From: Glaucostegus cemiculus
Lineage: Eukaryota
Direction of reading: 5' to 3'
Length of the DNA stretch: 64,000 bases
Assembly: GCA_976551045.1 (NCBI GenBank)
Contig: CDPCPM010000037.1
Span: forward strand, 7,998,001 to 8,062,000
The first letter of the stretch is position 1, and every line of letters starts with the position of its first letter. The position numbers and the translations under genes were made by a program. The notes under the pieces were generated by a model, which worked only from the letters and a program-made list of their open reading frames with translations, was not told the origin of the DNA and made no database searches. This document shows positions 11,901 through 25,500 of this stretch, one piece after another.

Positions 11901-13479
11901 TGGATTATAGATCTCTATTTTCTCTCCTTCCTTTGTTGAACAGCAGTGATACATTAGCAAGTTGCAATTGGCTGGAGCTGGACTGAACATAGGGAAATTT
12001 TTAATCATCACTAATGTATCCACAAACAGATAATTCCTAAATAAGAGTTGTATAGCCATTGGAATTCAGTGAAAATAAAATGGAAACATGTATTGTTACT
12101 TATTCTCACCAAGGCTCCATGTGATGTAATGGGACAGTTTATGATCAAAATGTGAACTCAAAGAAAAATTAAATTCAAGGATTTTCTTGGATGTCAATCT
12201 GTCTGGAGTTGGTCATTAACTTCAGGAGGACACATTGTTCAGGACTATGGTCAAGCAGTTGTTTCCAAGTCCAGTAACAATTTAAATTGCAGTCGGAAAT
12301 GTTACCTTAATTTAAAAAGATGACATAATAGAATAAATCAGACATGAATGATACAGGTGACCCTTGTATTACGGCCATTTGGGTAACAAATTCATCCTTA
12401 CAAACCTTATAAATATCTATCCAAAAATTCATTCTCAGGAAATTTATGCAAATTTAAAAAAGGTAAATAAACATAATAATCATTTTTTTCTCAACTCATG
12501 TTTCTTGACACGTGCAAGTGACACACCTTTGTATTCCGGAGCATTCACGAGGAACACAATGACGTAATGTATAGGTCACCTGTAATGTATCGGAGCATAT
12601 AACAACTGTCCAAACTTTATTTGGTAATTAAGGAGCATAACCTCAGGAACTGTCAACATAGTGAAGTTTGAAAAACTCTACAGGTCTCCTCAGTAGTGAG
12701 GGAACATGATTTGCACCACCATCTCTGGAATTGTGATCAGCCAGGTGAAGTCCCTCTAGTGATAGAAAACAAGAAGTGCAGTAGCAAAATCAAGGCACAC
12801 CAACTTTTAACAAATTGCCATCATGCTCAAAATACTCTGTTCTACATTACCGTGACATTTGCAGTCAATGTACCAAAGGCAGGCATCCATGAAGATCCCT
12901 TTTGCAATATTAACAATTTGGAACATCCTCTCCAACAGATTTCTCTAAAATAGTTTGTCAAGGGCACAATAATAGTCTGCACGTGGGCTTAAGTAGCATG
13001 ATGTTGGAGGACAAAAAGGCCATCCTCACATTTTCAATACACATCTCAAACATCCCTTTATTTCAAATTAGTATTCAACTACAATGCAAAACTATGGAGG
13101 ACATCTTGGGAATGCACAAGCAGAAATCGGTAATGAGCATTGTTTTCAATCGCAAGGATTTTACTCAACGCCTGCATTACATGTGGACCTCCAAAAATAT
13201 TTAAACAACTGTTGTAAAAGATAATTATCCACCTACAGAATACAGGTGGATAATTCCCAAATGCACTTGAACTTGACCCACCTTGAATCACTAGAATCCT
13301 TCTGGTACTGAGAGCCCATAGCATTTGTCACCATTATTCTTGGATAAGAAGTTTAAACAAACTGATGGAAATATTTCATGGTCTTTTTCCAAGTAACACT
13401 GCTGTGGATTATTTTGAGGGAGGGAATCTTGCAGTTGGTAGCACTCCCAAAATGCAAGGAAGCAATGCATTTCACAAGT

Positions 13480-13745
13480 GCTATGTAGCCCAGGCAACTA
13501 ACTGCAATGCTTTTGTAGAAGGTCCTTTAACTGGTGCACGGTGCCACAGTACACGTTTAGAGTAACAGATGAGCTGCCAATGAGACTGATTTGTCCTGGA
13601 TGGATGTCAAGCTTTGGAGAGCCATTGGAGCTTTATTCATTTACACAAATAGAGAACATTTCACTACCTTCGTGACCTGGGCCTTATAGATGGTAGAATA
13701 GGTTTTTTGTCAATCAGGAAGTAAACTACTCACTACAGAACAGTG
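13480..13745 (-). mobile_element. Decayed non-LTR retrotransposon fragment
   Basis: gccttatagatggtagaatagg...tcaggaagtaaactactcactacagaa resembles the antisense of a common shark LINE family, probably the one whose 3' end lies at 44015-44285. Confidence 0.4.
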
Positions 13746-14364
13746 AGACACTCAGGAAGGGTGATGTTGAAGTGCATCCAATTAATGACTTTACTTCCAC
13801 TGAATTCACAATAATTTATTTTTGTTAAACAAACAACCTATAATCTAAAATTTGCTGCTTTTCAGCTGGCAAAATGTTTCAAAAATGTAGCATACATGAT
13901 CACAAGGTAAACTAAATGTTTAATCAAAAAGGTTAAATAGTCCCTACCTCAAAAAGCAAATTCATCTTCTAGATTTTATTCATGGCCATTTGCTCCTTTA
14001 TTGAGATGTTAGCACTAATGGCAAATAGTGCAAGACACTTCATGCAAGAAACAGCATGATGAAAATAAACTTGCTGGCTTCATAAGAGGCAGCTACAAGT
14101 GACCTTCTTATAAAATGAGCTCGAGGTATTAGAAAACCCCAAGAATTTACAACGAGATTGATACAAGCTATACAACTCTCATACACTATAGACCTAAGAC
14201 CAAGGCCATTTGCAGCCCCAAGCAGAAAAAAATTCAGCTTTACCCAGTTACAACAAAATCAGCAGTGTCAAGCTGAGGAATTTTAAAAATACCATTACAA
14301 TTTAAATAGCTATCTTACAAAATGGAAACAGCAACAGCCAAAAATATATTCTGAAATTTGAAAC

Positions 14365-14560
14365 ACAAGAACAAGAATAGGTCGTTTAACCCCTTGAGCC
14401 TGTCCTGCAACTATGTTAGATAATGGCTGATCTGTATCTAACTTCACATACCTGCCTTCTTCCACATCACTCAATTACTTTGGTTGGCAAAAGAAATTAA
14501 CTCATACCACATCAACTGCTGTTTATGGTGTTCCAAATTTCTACCACTGTGTTCAATCAA
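14365..14560 (-). mobile_element. CR1 3' end fragment
   Basis: aagaacaagaataggtcgtttaaccccttgagcctgtcctgc...ataatggctgatctg is an antisense CR1 tail. Confidence 0.6.
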
Positions 14561-16094
14561 ATACAATTCACATTTGGTAAGTGAAAATTACCTTGTGAAT
14601 CTCTCTTCCTGAAATTGTATTTTCCTGAATTGTAGCTTTGTATGAAAAAAAGAATCAAGTTGAATAAAAGTGATTAAATGGGTTTAAATATATGCTGTGA
14701 TTTAGTCACAATTTAAACACACCTCAATTTTATTAGTGAATCCAGTAACACTTCAACTTACTCACCAAATGATTATTTAACAAAAAAAACCTACATCTTT
14801 GAAACAATATGGCAAGAAATCAAATTTTAAAAATTGCATCAGTACAGCAGCCAACTGCTTCAAAGCAATGCACTTGGCAGAATAACCCAGAGATGTGTGT
14901 TATTAGTTTTTATATAGTACAGAATAATCTCTGCATCACTTATCCTCAACATATCTAACAACAGCAGCGCATGTACTGTACGAAGTACAAGTCCAGTGGT
15001 CTACAGACATGTGCTCTCAGAAACGGATGGTTCCCAGCAAACTTCCTGGTAATCCAGTGGATCATTTTTCATTTTAAAGCAAATCATATTCTGAAATGTA
15101 ATGATATGAACAAAAATGTTAACCACTGCAGCTGCCGTAAATCAGAGTTTAAGAAAATCACTGCAGATCAGAAAGCAACAATGAAATTCTGGTGTGGATC
15201 CTTCAACATAACATTAAGTTACTCATTTCCTCAAAGGGTTTTATATTCCCTGCTGGATGGATTTTGTTTTAACTTCATGAAAGGCTGATTTTTTGTTCTG
15301 CAGGAAAAAATACCAGCATTATTTGTACATTTATTGATGCAAACAATCAATAACAGTGAAAGGTTATGTTATTTCAAGTATCCATTATACCTTCAAAGCA
15401 CATGGGTGAACTTGTACTGCACAGTTTACACTATTGGGCATCATACAAAACAGGAAAAACCACAGGATAAGCATAAAGTATCTAGAGTTTGGAACATTAA
15501 GTCCTCAAGGTGCTGACCAAAACCTAGGATTTTGCATATATGCAGCAGGTACCTACATGATTTAACAGCTGGAGTGAACAAAAAAAAATGCATGCCGCAC
15601 TACATGACCATGTTTACAATGGGTGCACCTTCTATTATTAGACCCAGTCCATCATTTACGGCTAGAAACTAAAGCTATGGGGAAGGTACACATGGTCTTC
15701 CAAAAGAGGAGCTTTCTGTTTGTTCTGAGAACAAGGCAGTTCCATGTGCAGAATAAACAACTAACCCAGAACACAGTAATGTTCATCCTCCTTCCTCTAG
15801 GATCCACAGCACAACTCTTAGCTGATACTTCTGGCAGGCGAATTGGGAGAACTGCTGGCATCCAAAACAGATACACTGACTGAGAGCTATCGGGAGAGGA
15901 GATTGTGGAAGTGGGCAGTTAGGAAATGGGGAGTGGGAAGGTGGAAATAAATGGGGAAATGGGACAAAGATTGGTGCCAAAGATAAATAGGGAGAGGGAA
16001 TGTGAGAAAAAAACTTTTGCTGCAGTGAACAAGGATCTTAAACTCACAAATAGTGGGGATGGTGGAAACCATATCAAATCAGGAAGTCAAACAG

Positions 16095-16630
16095 AGGTGG
16101 GACACATACTGTAAATGGTAGGGAGCTAAGGAGTGTTGATTAAGAGACCTAGGGGTTCAATTTCACAGTTCCTGGAAAGTGGCCACACAGGTACATAGGG
16201 TAGTGAAGGCAGCACTTGGCATGCTTGCCTTCATTGGTCAGGACATAAAATATAAAAGTTGGGATGTTATGTTGTAATTTTTTAAAAAAGCTGGTTAGAC
16301 CGCACTTGAGGATGGTTTAGTTCTGGTCATCATACATTAGGAAGGATGTGTTGTGCTGAAGAGAGCGCAGAGGAGACTGACCAGGCTGCTGCATGGATTG
16401 GAGGAGTTTAGATATGGGAAGAGATCAGAATAGGCTGGAATTTGAATCCCTGGAGCAAAGGAGGCTGAGGGCAGCTTGACAGAGATGTCCAAACTTATAA
16501 AAAAGAGGCACAGATAGGGTGGACAGTCAGAATCTTCCACCCTCCCCCCATGAAAGGTAGGGTTATCAGAGGTATATGGTGAGGGGAATGAGTTTTAAAG
16601 GGGAGGCTTTGTTTTTGAACAAACAATGGT
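16095..16630 (+). mobile_element. CR1 LINE ORF2 fragment
   Basis: Colinear with the CR1 at 54480-54990 (e.g. aaagtggccacacaggtacatagggtagtgaaggc; ttagaccgcacttgag; gttctggtcatcatacattaggaaggatgtg); many stops. Confidence 0.85.
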
Positions 16631-19600
16631 TGATACGTATTGGGGCATTTGATGCATCTGTTTCTTCCTCATACCATCGTAATAGATTTGAAATATGGCC
16701 AAAAAATCTAATCCCAGGGATTTAGTAATCATCTCACTTCATCTGAAGAAAGCAATTAACCTGCTAGATCAAATTGAAAAACTGCTTATACATTGTCATA
16801 ATATGAATTTACATTGGACCACACTAAGTATCTGCGACCCAGCTCCCAGGATATGCTGTCAAATCCAATTGTCCTGACACATGCCATTCTCTCAGGTCTA
16901 CAAAAAAAAACTGATGCTAGTAGAATATGGAGCCTGAACTCTATAGCACAAATACTATGGTCCAGCTTAATGTCTTCATCTCAGGAATCGGAACTAGAAC
17001 AGCTTCAATATAAGAATAAGAGCAGAACAATGTAATTATTAGGAGTCAGGGCCACCACCCACAGCCAGTACAAGTAATATTTCCAACTGTAATCTTCAAA
17101 ATGGTCAAGAACTGCAGAGACCAAAGTTTCAAGTAATGAACAGTGGGAAGAACAGGAAGTCTGTATCACCAAAACATGGTAATTCTCTCCGTCTCCACTC
17201 AAGATTACTGCAATATATAAATAGATGTAGCCTCAACTAACCATAAGACAGTTCAGTTTGTTTTTCTACAGTAAAGAGAACAGTATGTATGCAATATTTA
17301 GTGAAAAATAATCCTATGACTTTTCAGAAAAAAGAGCATGATGACAGTACTAAACTTGCCCATAAAGTTAGCAAAAGGAAATAAAATATCTTTCTGATGT
17401 ACTAATGCTGATGCTGCTATAATGCTGCAGAGTGAAAAGAATCAGATGATCAATGATCAATTAACTGGGATGCAAATATGCCAAGATTTTTTTTTGAAAA
17501 GGTTGTTCATATGATATTCTACTCTACATTTCAAAAATATAGGCTACAAAGAAATATATAACCCAATAATTCTTACATACAATTTATGCAAATTAAAAGT
17601 TGCATCAGTGGCAGTACTCATTTATCTCAACCTTCTGGCTCATTGTTTAAGCTCTATTTCACCTGCTTGCACAAGTTTGAATGCCTCTTGCCAAATGAAC
17701 TCTGGACTGGACAGCATACAAACAATATTGTTTCTGCCATCTACACCATTTAGAAAAATAGAAGCATACATCTCAAAGCCAGCCATGCTTCCTGTACTTC
17801 ATGTTTAACAGGAGAACCAATCAGAGGATTTGCACAATCAGGGGATTTCCCCCAAGAAAGATGGAAAAAATAGTAGGTACAAGTTGGTAGGCAGCTCAGT
17901 GTCAAAAGGAAATCTGACAAAAACTTTAGTGAATCCAGATCAATTTTGAGTGGCTGGATAGAGAAATGGGTAGGGTTATGCAACAGTTAGCACCTAATCT
18001 GACATTCAGTACATAGCCTACAGGGAAAAAGAGGTTTTATCACCCACCTACTACTCAAAGTAAAACTTATAAAAAGGTTACCACCTTCAATTTGTAGCTT
18101 TTAGTTAAAAATTCATCTCTTAAATTTCTGCCACTTTATAACCAAGCTTCAAATCATAAAAATTGTATTGTGAATTACCATATTAATACTGTTGCCTCAA
18201 ACACTTCACAATTTTAACAAAAGGAAGGAACTGTTTAAGTATCAATATCCAGGGTAACATATATCAATATTCTGAAGGATTCAGGGTAATTACTTCACAC
18301 AGAGATACTAAAGTACCCACCCCCCCCCCCCCCTCAAATAAAGATACTCCATTGAAATTATCCACCAATTTCAACACAAGATTCATATTTCCACATCTTA
18401 AATTTCTGGATCTTCCATGCATGGATTGCACAAACTGAAAAACACTGAACCAATTTCAATGGTTTAAAAGCAGGAAACTGCCTTCAACTTGTTTTTCCTG
18501 ACCCTTTGTCTTGAATTCTTTTCTTACAAGTCATTTATCACTTATTTCTGAAGTGTTTGATTACTCAGCTAGGAGCAGAGTTAGTTTCTCTCCACCCCCT
18601 GCCCCGCAAACACTGTGATAACAGCATTAAAACTAACCAAGTGTTTCATAGCAAGGGTGAAAGGATGAAATTTAAAAAAATACCCAAAGCTATCAGCCCT
18701 CTGCATCATGTTATTCAGGCTACTGGAACCTCTTTCCCCAATTTAATCCTGGATTCACCATATATGTGCTAAGAATTCACATTCAAGTGTGGGAACTCTC
18801 ATCCTCACCCTTCTCAAAGCAGCCAAATTGCTCTATTCCAATATATCCAGGGTTTCATATTTTAAGGGAGGTGGAATTCATCACAAGGTCAGAAGGTGGG
18901 TGTAATTATAGAAGTTTATGGCTTTTAGTTAATGGAATACAGGGATGTGCACAGGGCAGAAAGAAAACAAGTATTGCTAAACTGTGGTGAACTAGTGCCC
19001 CAGTTATAATCAGCTAATTGAGAGTTTGTAAAATTTAGTATATTCAGTGCATTCAATATGAGACACAGGGATTAAAGTAACACTTAAATATTTCAGTACA
19101 GATACAAATATAATTGAAAGGCAATAACAGGGATCTGGAATAAGATCACAAATTTAAAAAAAAACAAGTATGTGTGAAATTAAATTGCTAGTATTATTCT
19201 ACCCATTAGGATTGAGGATATTAAATTTTGTGCTAAGTAGCACATTTGTCTCTACACTATTATGTTCTGAAAGCTAAATGAAATGGAGAGAACCTGGACT
19301 AACTGTTCAAATCCAAATAGCGGATGAAAATTTGAATTTTAAAAAAATATTTGGAAATAAAAAGGCATCAATCAAAATGACAGAAGGACCGTCCTAAACT
19401 TGACTCATTCATTAACATCCTCATGGAAACAAACCTGTTGTTCTTACCCCATCAGGCCTACACAATTCTGCTGCCAAACCAACATGATTAACATTTAATT
19501 CTGGATGCAAACCTGGCAATCAGCTTCGATTTTAGTTATAAAAAAACCTTCTCAGGGTAATTGTCATCCCTGCAACTGCCTGCATCTTGTGAATGAATAA

Positions 19601-20399
19601 TTCATAAACAAATCTTGATTCGACCAAGTAAGGCTTACAGGCCTTCATCTTTTTTTCAACTCTGAAACATTGCTCACTGATAGAATGAACACCATGCAAT
19701 TTTTTTTTACACTTGAGCAATTAAAAAATAGCTTGCCCAATCACTATTATAGTAGACACTCCAATGTTAAGTGCCACAACCAAACAAGAAACTCTAGGGA
19801 GTGGTCAGTAACATTCCTCAGCAAAGTTTAAATACTATGTGATAAACTGTTAAGCACAAATATTTCTAGGTGGAGTATCAATTTGTTTCTAGACATGAAT
19901 TTCCAGTGTTTTAAGAATACTACATATTTTGTTCAGGTTTGAAGCTGGAAGCCCATTAAAGACTAACTGACCAAAACCTAAACCAAGCAGAACTGACTTT
20001 TTACAACAGCTGTGCTTTAAGCAGATATGCTGCAAACATCTCAAACTTCCTCGTATTCCACATTCCAAGGAAAGGGCGATGTATTCTCAAGTAATTTCTG
20101 CTGAAGTGCCTTGTAAAAATAAACTGGAACTACTGTTAATATAATGGGAATACTTGAACACTGTATCTATCCTTCCTGATGACTGGGCCTTCACTTGAGG
20201 TCATAGTCCCAACAACTTGATGATCACAAATCACTGGCTTAAACAATGTCCAAAAGATATCTGGCTGCGGATTGAAGCCAGAAACAGCAGCAAAGCTTAA
20301 CCACAAGTATGCTTACAGATATAAAAATGTTGGTTAAATTGATAACGTTGCTGAAGAATGCACGTCATATTTTCTGTAACCAACTGGCTTTGCTCACCT

Positions 20400-20760
20400 T
20401 CACCCAAGATATTGGAGTACACAAAAAGAATCTAGGTTGATGCGCTAGTGCTTAACTGGGGAAAAACACAGCACGGTTGTTGCTACTTTCCTTCAGATAA
20501 AACATGAAACCAAGGCCATATTTGCTTTATCTGATTCTTAAAAGATCTCACCATTTTTTAAGAGGAAGCATAACCTTAGCCAATATTTATCCTTCCATCA
20601 ACGTCACTAAAATGGATTATCTGGCCAGTGACACACAGCTATTTGTGGGGTTCTGCTAGGTTCCCCTACATTACAACAACTGTAACTTAATTTCTTTAAA
20701 GCACTTTGACACTGTAAGGTTGTAAAACATGCCATACAAATAGAAAATCTGACTTTTCCT
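20400..20760 (+). mobile_element. Deu-domain SINE (SacSINE1/AmnSINE1-like), old copy
   Basis: aaaagatctcacc...gccaatatttatccttccatcaacgtcactaaaatggattatctggcc...cctacattacaac...aaagcactttg...ggttgtaaaacatgccatacaaat matches the recalled Deu core and L2-type tail; homologous in-window to 50660-51320. Confidence 0.7.
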
Positions 20761-21539
20761 TTCTGATGTCTAGATTTGCAAATAAGACCTTCATCAAGAA
20801 CCAAGTATAAAAACAATCATCAAAGTCAGACAACTGCTGACTAGGCATCTGCTTCTCATGGGCCAAGTTTGGACAACACTCCAATTACTTGGTCTGATGC
20901 CAAGACAGCAAAGAAATAAATAAATCACTTCCTGGTCAGTCAAGGATGCCCCCAATACAGGTACACAAGGTAGGCTACAAATGGTAGACTAAAAGATCAC
21001 TAAACAAAGTAGAATGTGAATTGCTTTTGATTTTTTAAATAACAGACTCACAATTTTAAATTCTGTACCTTTCAACTTCCACCTGTAGTCCCAGATGGAT
21101 TAACTTCAAGGGCATGCATTAAATGATATTCTCTAAATAAGCAAACACCTTTTAAGTTAAAACACATTATTTGTCACACCCTCCTACAGTATACAATACC
21201 AAGAATGACATCCATCAGTGTGCTTTCAACCAGCACATTAATATTTGCAATTGTGATATAGACATGAACTATAATATCAATTATGCATGACAGCATAACA
21301 CTTTCAAATATTCAAAAGTTAAATAAACAGGAAATCATTACTGAACTAAGGAAGGTTTTTGGTTTTGTCTTTCCTTTCTGCTCAGGTGTTCCTATACATC
21401 TTGCACTTTTCTCATCCAGACAACTTCTTAGCAACATCAGCTTCCACAACACACAGGAAACCATCTCTCCTGATCCTTCCAGCTGTTCAGATTGTTTCTC
21501 TAAAATCCAATGAGTAAAAATTTCCTCCAGATAAATATT

Positions 21540-21786
21540 GAACCCGGGTTCAAATCCAGCCACTGTCTGTAAGGAGTTTGTACATTCTCCGTGTCTGTGT
21601 GGGTTTCCTCTGGGTGCTCCAGTTTCCTCACACATTCCAAAGATGTACAGGTTAGGAAGTTATGGGCATGCTACATTGGCTCCAGAAGCGTGGCGACACT
21701 TGCAGGCTACCCCCCAAAAATCACTACGCAAAAAATGTATTTCACTGTGTTTCGATGTACATGTGACTAATAAAGATCTTATCTTA
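21540..21786 (+). mobile_element. Young V-domain tRNA-SINE, 5'-truncated, tail type A
   Basis: B-box gggttcaaatcc, V-core gggtttcctctgggtgctccagtttcctc, tail atgtacatgtgactaataaagatcttatctt; close to the reverse complement of 39621-39914. Confidence 0.9.
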
Positions 21787-21894
21787 AATTCTACTCCCTT
21801 CTCCCTAGCAAATGCAGAACTGAATTGGATAGTTCACATACTTGATGTCATATTTCACCCAAATTGAGCAGTGAACCACACATCCATGCCATCA

Positions 21895-21960
21895 TGAATC
21901 AGAATCAAATTTATTATCTCTGACATATGACATGAAATTTGTTTTGCAGCACAGTGCAAA
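21895..21960 (-). mobile_element. Rex1/Babar-type LINE 3' tail fragment
   Basis: Reverse complement matches the tail of the 49659-50356 element (ctgcaaaac...aaatttca...aataaa...tgattctga). Confidence 0.65.
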
Positions 21961-22049
21961 TACCTACTTCCATATCTGAAAAACTGGTCAGCCACTTTCT
22001 GCCTCTGATAGTTCACCTATGCCCTCATTACCTCTGAAGAATTATTCTG

Positions 22050-22540
22050 GAGCACTCCTAGCCAGCCCCTTTCATTCCATCCCATGAAACAATAGGTCAA
22101 ACAAAAAATCTACTACCCATGTGCTAACCCACAACCAATTTTGTTCAGTCTGGGCACAAATGACCTGTACCGTATCCTGATTGATTCCAAATCCCTCTAC
22201 AATCTAATTCCTCCCCCTGCACTAATGTCCTCCACACCTTTGACCCTCATATCTACATTCTTACAATTCCAGCCTCTTGATCATGCCCAAATTAAATTGC
22301 CCCAATATTACCAGCCATGCTTTCAGCTGTCAAAACCCTAAACTTGAATTCCTTCCTTAAGCCTTTCCACTTCTTGTTTCCTTTACAATATTTCTTTAAA
22401 CCTACTTCTCCAACCAAACGTTTTGTCATCTTCTGCAACATATGGCTCAGTGTCAAGTTTGATGTGTTCACATGCCTGTGAGGTACCTTAGGTGGTTTTG
22501 TACACCAAAAGCTGATTCTGCCACACCTGTAGATAACAAG
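22050..22540 (+). mobile_element. L2 LINE 3' end, decayed
   Basis: ttcagctgtcaaaaccctaaacttgaattccttcc...tttaaacctacttctccaaccaa...ggctcagtgtcaag...cctgtgaggtacctt follows the L2 3' end pattern. Confidence 0.6.
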
Positions 22541-25500
22541 TATATCAATCTAATATGTCACTTAAAGATACAAACCAAGCATGATACAAGTTCAATTATG
22601 AATATACACAAATAGATGGTAGTGGGGCTACTCAGTTTACAAATCACCCCTAGTTTTGAGATAAGGGAGAAAAGGTGCAATGGAGTTTGTCCAGAAATCA
22701 TGTGTAGAAGCTAATAAAAATGGAAGTTCAGCAATGATGTACCACTGTCCTTTTAAAATCAAAAAATAAGGCAAAACATCAGGAAGAGCTTATAGGTAAA
22801 ATGAAACTGGACGCTAAAGGTGTGAAGAAAGAGGAAAAATACAACTTGCTTGAATTATTCTGGTCACCTGCAATATTTTTGAATGAAAACAAGTAATCAG
22901 CCAAAAACAAATGCTGAAATACATCTCTGGTGGCTGTCAAGGTCAGACACTGTGCTAAAACTTTGTTATCTTAAAATATACTAAACTTTGCACTGTATCT
23001 TAATTTAACATCCTACAAAGTAAAATTGATAGTTCTCATTTCCCTCAACCAGAGAGTCACAGTCACCACAGTGGCAAATATAAACTTGTCTCCCTCTTCA
23101 CCAACCTGCCCAATTTTCTCAATTCTCATGAGAACTTCTCAAAGGGTGATGAAAGAGTTCATTAGGCTGGTCATCATCTGTCTTGGCAAAGTAACTAATT
23201 GTCAGAGGAAGTATCAGAAGGCTGTTCAATTATAGGGAGTATCAGCCAAATTCAAACCAAAATTCCACTGACGTTATTTTCAAACTAGGAGTAAAACCTG
23301 CTCAACTTCCTTCCTGTCATCCTCGTACAACAAATTTACCAAGTCCAAATTGTTATGTTTTTGTTGCAAAATTAAACACAAAAATTGAAATTAAACCTAA
23401 CGGTTCTCCAGGCGTGAAGTGACTATACCACAAGCTGCATCATGTGCATTCACTTTGTTTTCTCCCTATCCATTATTAGAACCATGTACTCATTGGAGTT
23501 TTAAATAGCATTGCTCAACTTCACCCTCAGTTTGCTGTTACACACAGTCTCAGTGTGTGCATTCACCAAGCCACCAAGATAGCTTTAAACTAGGTTCAAG
23601 TAGAAAAAAAATCCACCTAAGCACAATTCAAAAGTTGCTTAATGTAAATTTCCAGGCCTACATGCTTAGTTTGCCATGTTATATTACTCCCCCACACCCC
23701 ATATTACTGGATATTTCAACATCCCTGCACAAAAATGCAGTATCAAAAAGACTGTAAACTGAAATATGATGGGGTACAAAGTGTAATGGAATGCCACACA
23801 GAATTGAATGCCTTTGTTATATAGATGTCATATAAAAGTAAATGCCCATGTATCTGTTCCTTGTTGGAAGAAACAAGGATATCAAGATATTACTTTATCA
23901 CAAAGTGTAATAAATGGTATTATGACCATATCTGCATCAATAGAGAGCAGCACTTTTCTAATACCAAGTAACGAATCCCTAGGAATACCAAACTGGAGTC
24001 TGTTTACTCCCAACTCAGTATCAGGATGATCAAGATATTAAATGCAACAGTAAAGCTAATGAACACAATACATTATACTGGATCATGTTCCACTTATACT
24101 TACAAGGACAACTGAACAGCAAATGCACTTCATGCCTAAGCAGTAAGCACCTAAAATGGCTCCTAGACAAGTGGGATGGAAAGAAATCACACTGTCTAGT
24201 TAATAGTTTAACCACGATCTATTTGCATTACATCAGATCCAGCTGTTATATTCCAACCAAAACATTACAAATGTAAAATTAGCATTCCACATTGATAAAG
24301 GGCTGACCATAAGCAACACAGCAGTTTTCAAATTGCTCATGAACCAGTAAACTATAGCATTTCAATGCCAATACAGCATTCACACAATCCTGAGATGCAA
24401 GCTACCAGAACCTACCAAGAACTTAGTAACTAGTTTGAATGTCATCTGTTCTATGCTACACCTTACAAAATATGCCAGCTATCCCCTCAGTGACAAACTC
24501 TTCACTAATCCATATTCTTCAGTAAACTTTTTGAAAGGCTGGAAGGAGCTTATATGCATTTCTTTTAAATAAAATATAGAGCTTAGAATAAAGGACCATC
24601 ACAACACAAAGAGGTAAAGAGAAAAATGACAGTATTTAACTATAGCAGATATAAGGTTTGCAAAAGCAGAAGTAGCTACTCAAGGTAGAAGTTATAATTT
24701 TTTTTAAAACACTTTTACCTAATAATTTAACTATTAGAGTCAGACCTCCAACTGTACCTGCAATTCTGACGACTCTCAATTTAGTATGTTCAGTGCAGAC
24801 ACTTGAATGCTGGTTTGGATTGCAATGAACAAAACACAGCAAATGAAATTGATTGAACATAGTGGTTTAATATTGAGTATATGGTCAAAAACCAGCTAAA
24901 TTAACACTTGAATTAAAATACAGAATATGATAAAAATATCAGATTCAATTAAATTAAATTTCCTTCTCCCTTTCACACCAACTCTCTCATCTACTTATAC
25001 CCATGTCAAAAATTCATGAGAAATTTATGTTAAGTTCAGTGAAATTTCTCAGAAATAAGAAAAGCTCATTCAATTCACAACGTGTCATCCTTAGTCAATT
25101 TCTCACCTGTTATGCCAACAGTATCCATGGATGAATATAGAAAGAATCAGTTAAAATTACAACTACAGGTCAGAATCCAGCTATTCATTTTGGCACTTTA
25201 TATGGATGGTGGACAGGAAATGATCAGGATTGGCTGAATGAGCAAACAGTATGCTACAAAGAAAAGAATGATTACTTAAGAGATATTACTGTGAATATTG
25301 CTTATGGACTCTTACCCACAATGAATGGATTAAAAATTTTCAGGATGGAGAGGGAGGAAGAAGTCCAAGAGAATTTAAGAAAAAAGGAATGCACTGTAAC
25401 TTACCCAAAACTGGAAAAATAAACATCAAAAGTTTGAAGACTACCAAATCCCTCAGGAGTATTTTGAAATAATTTCATAATCCTGTAACAGTGATCCAAT

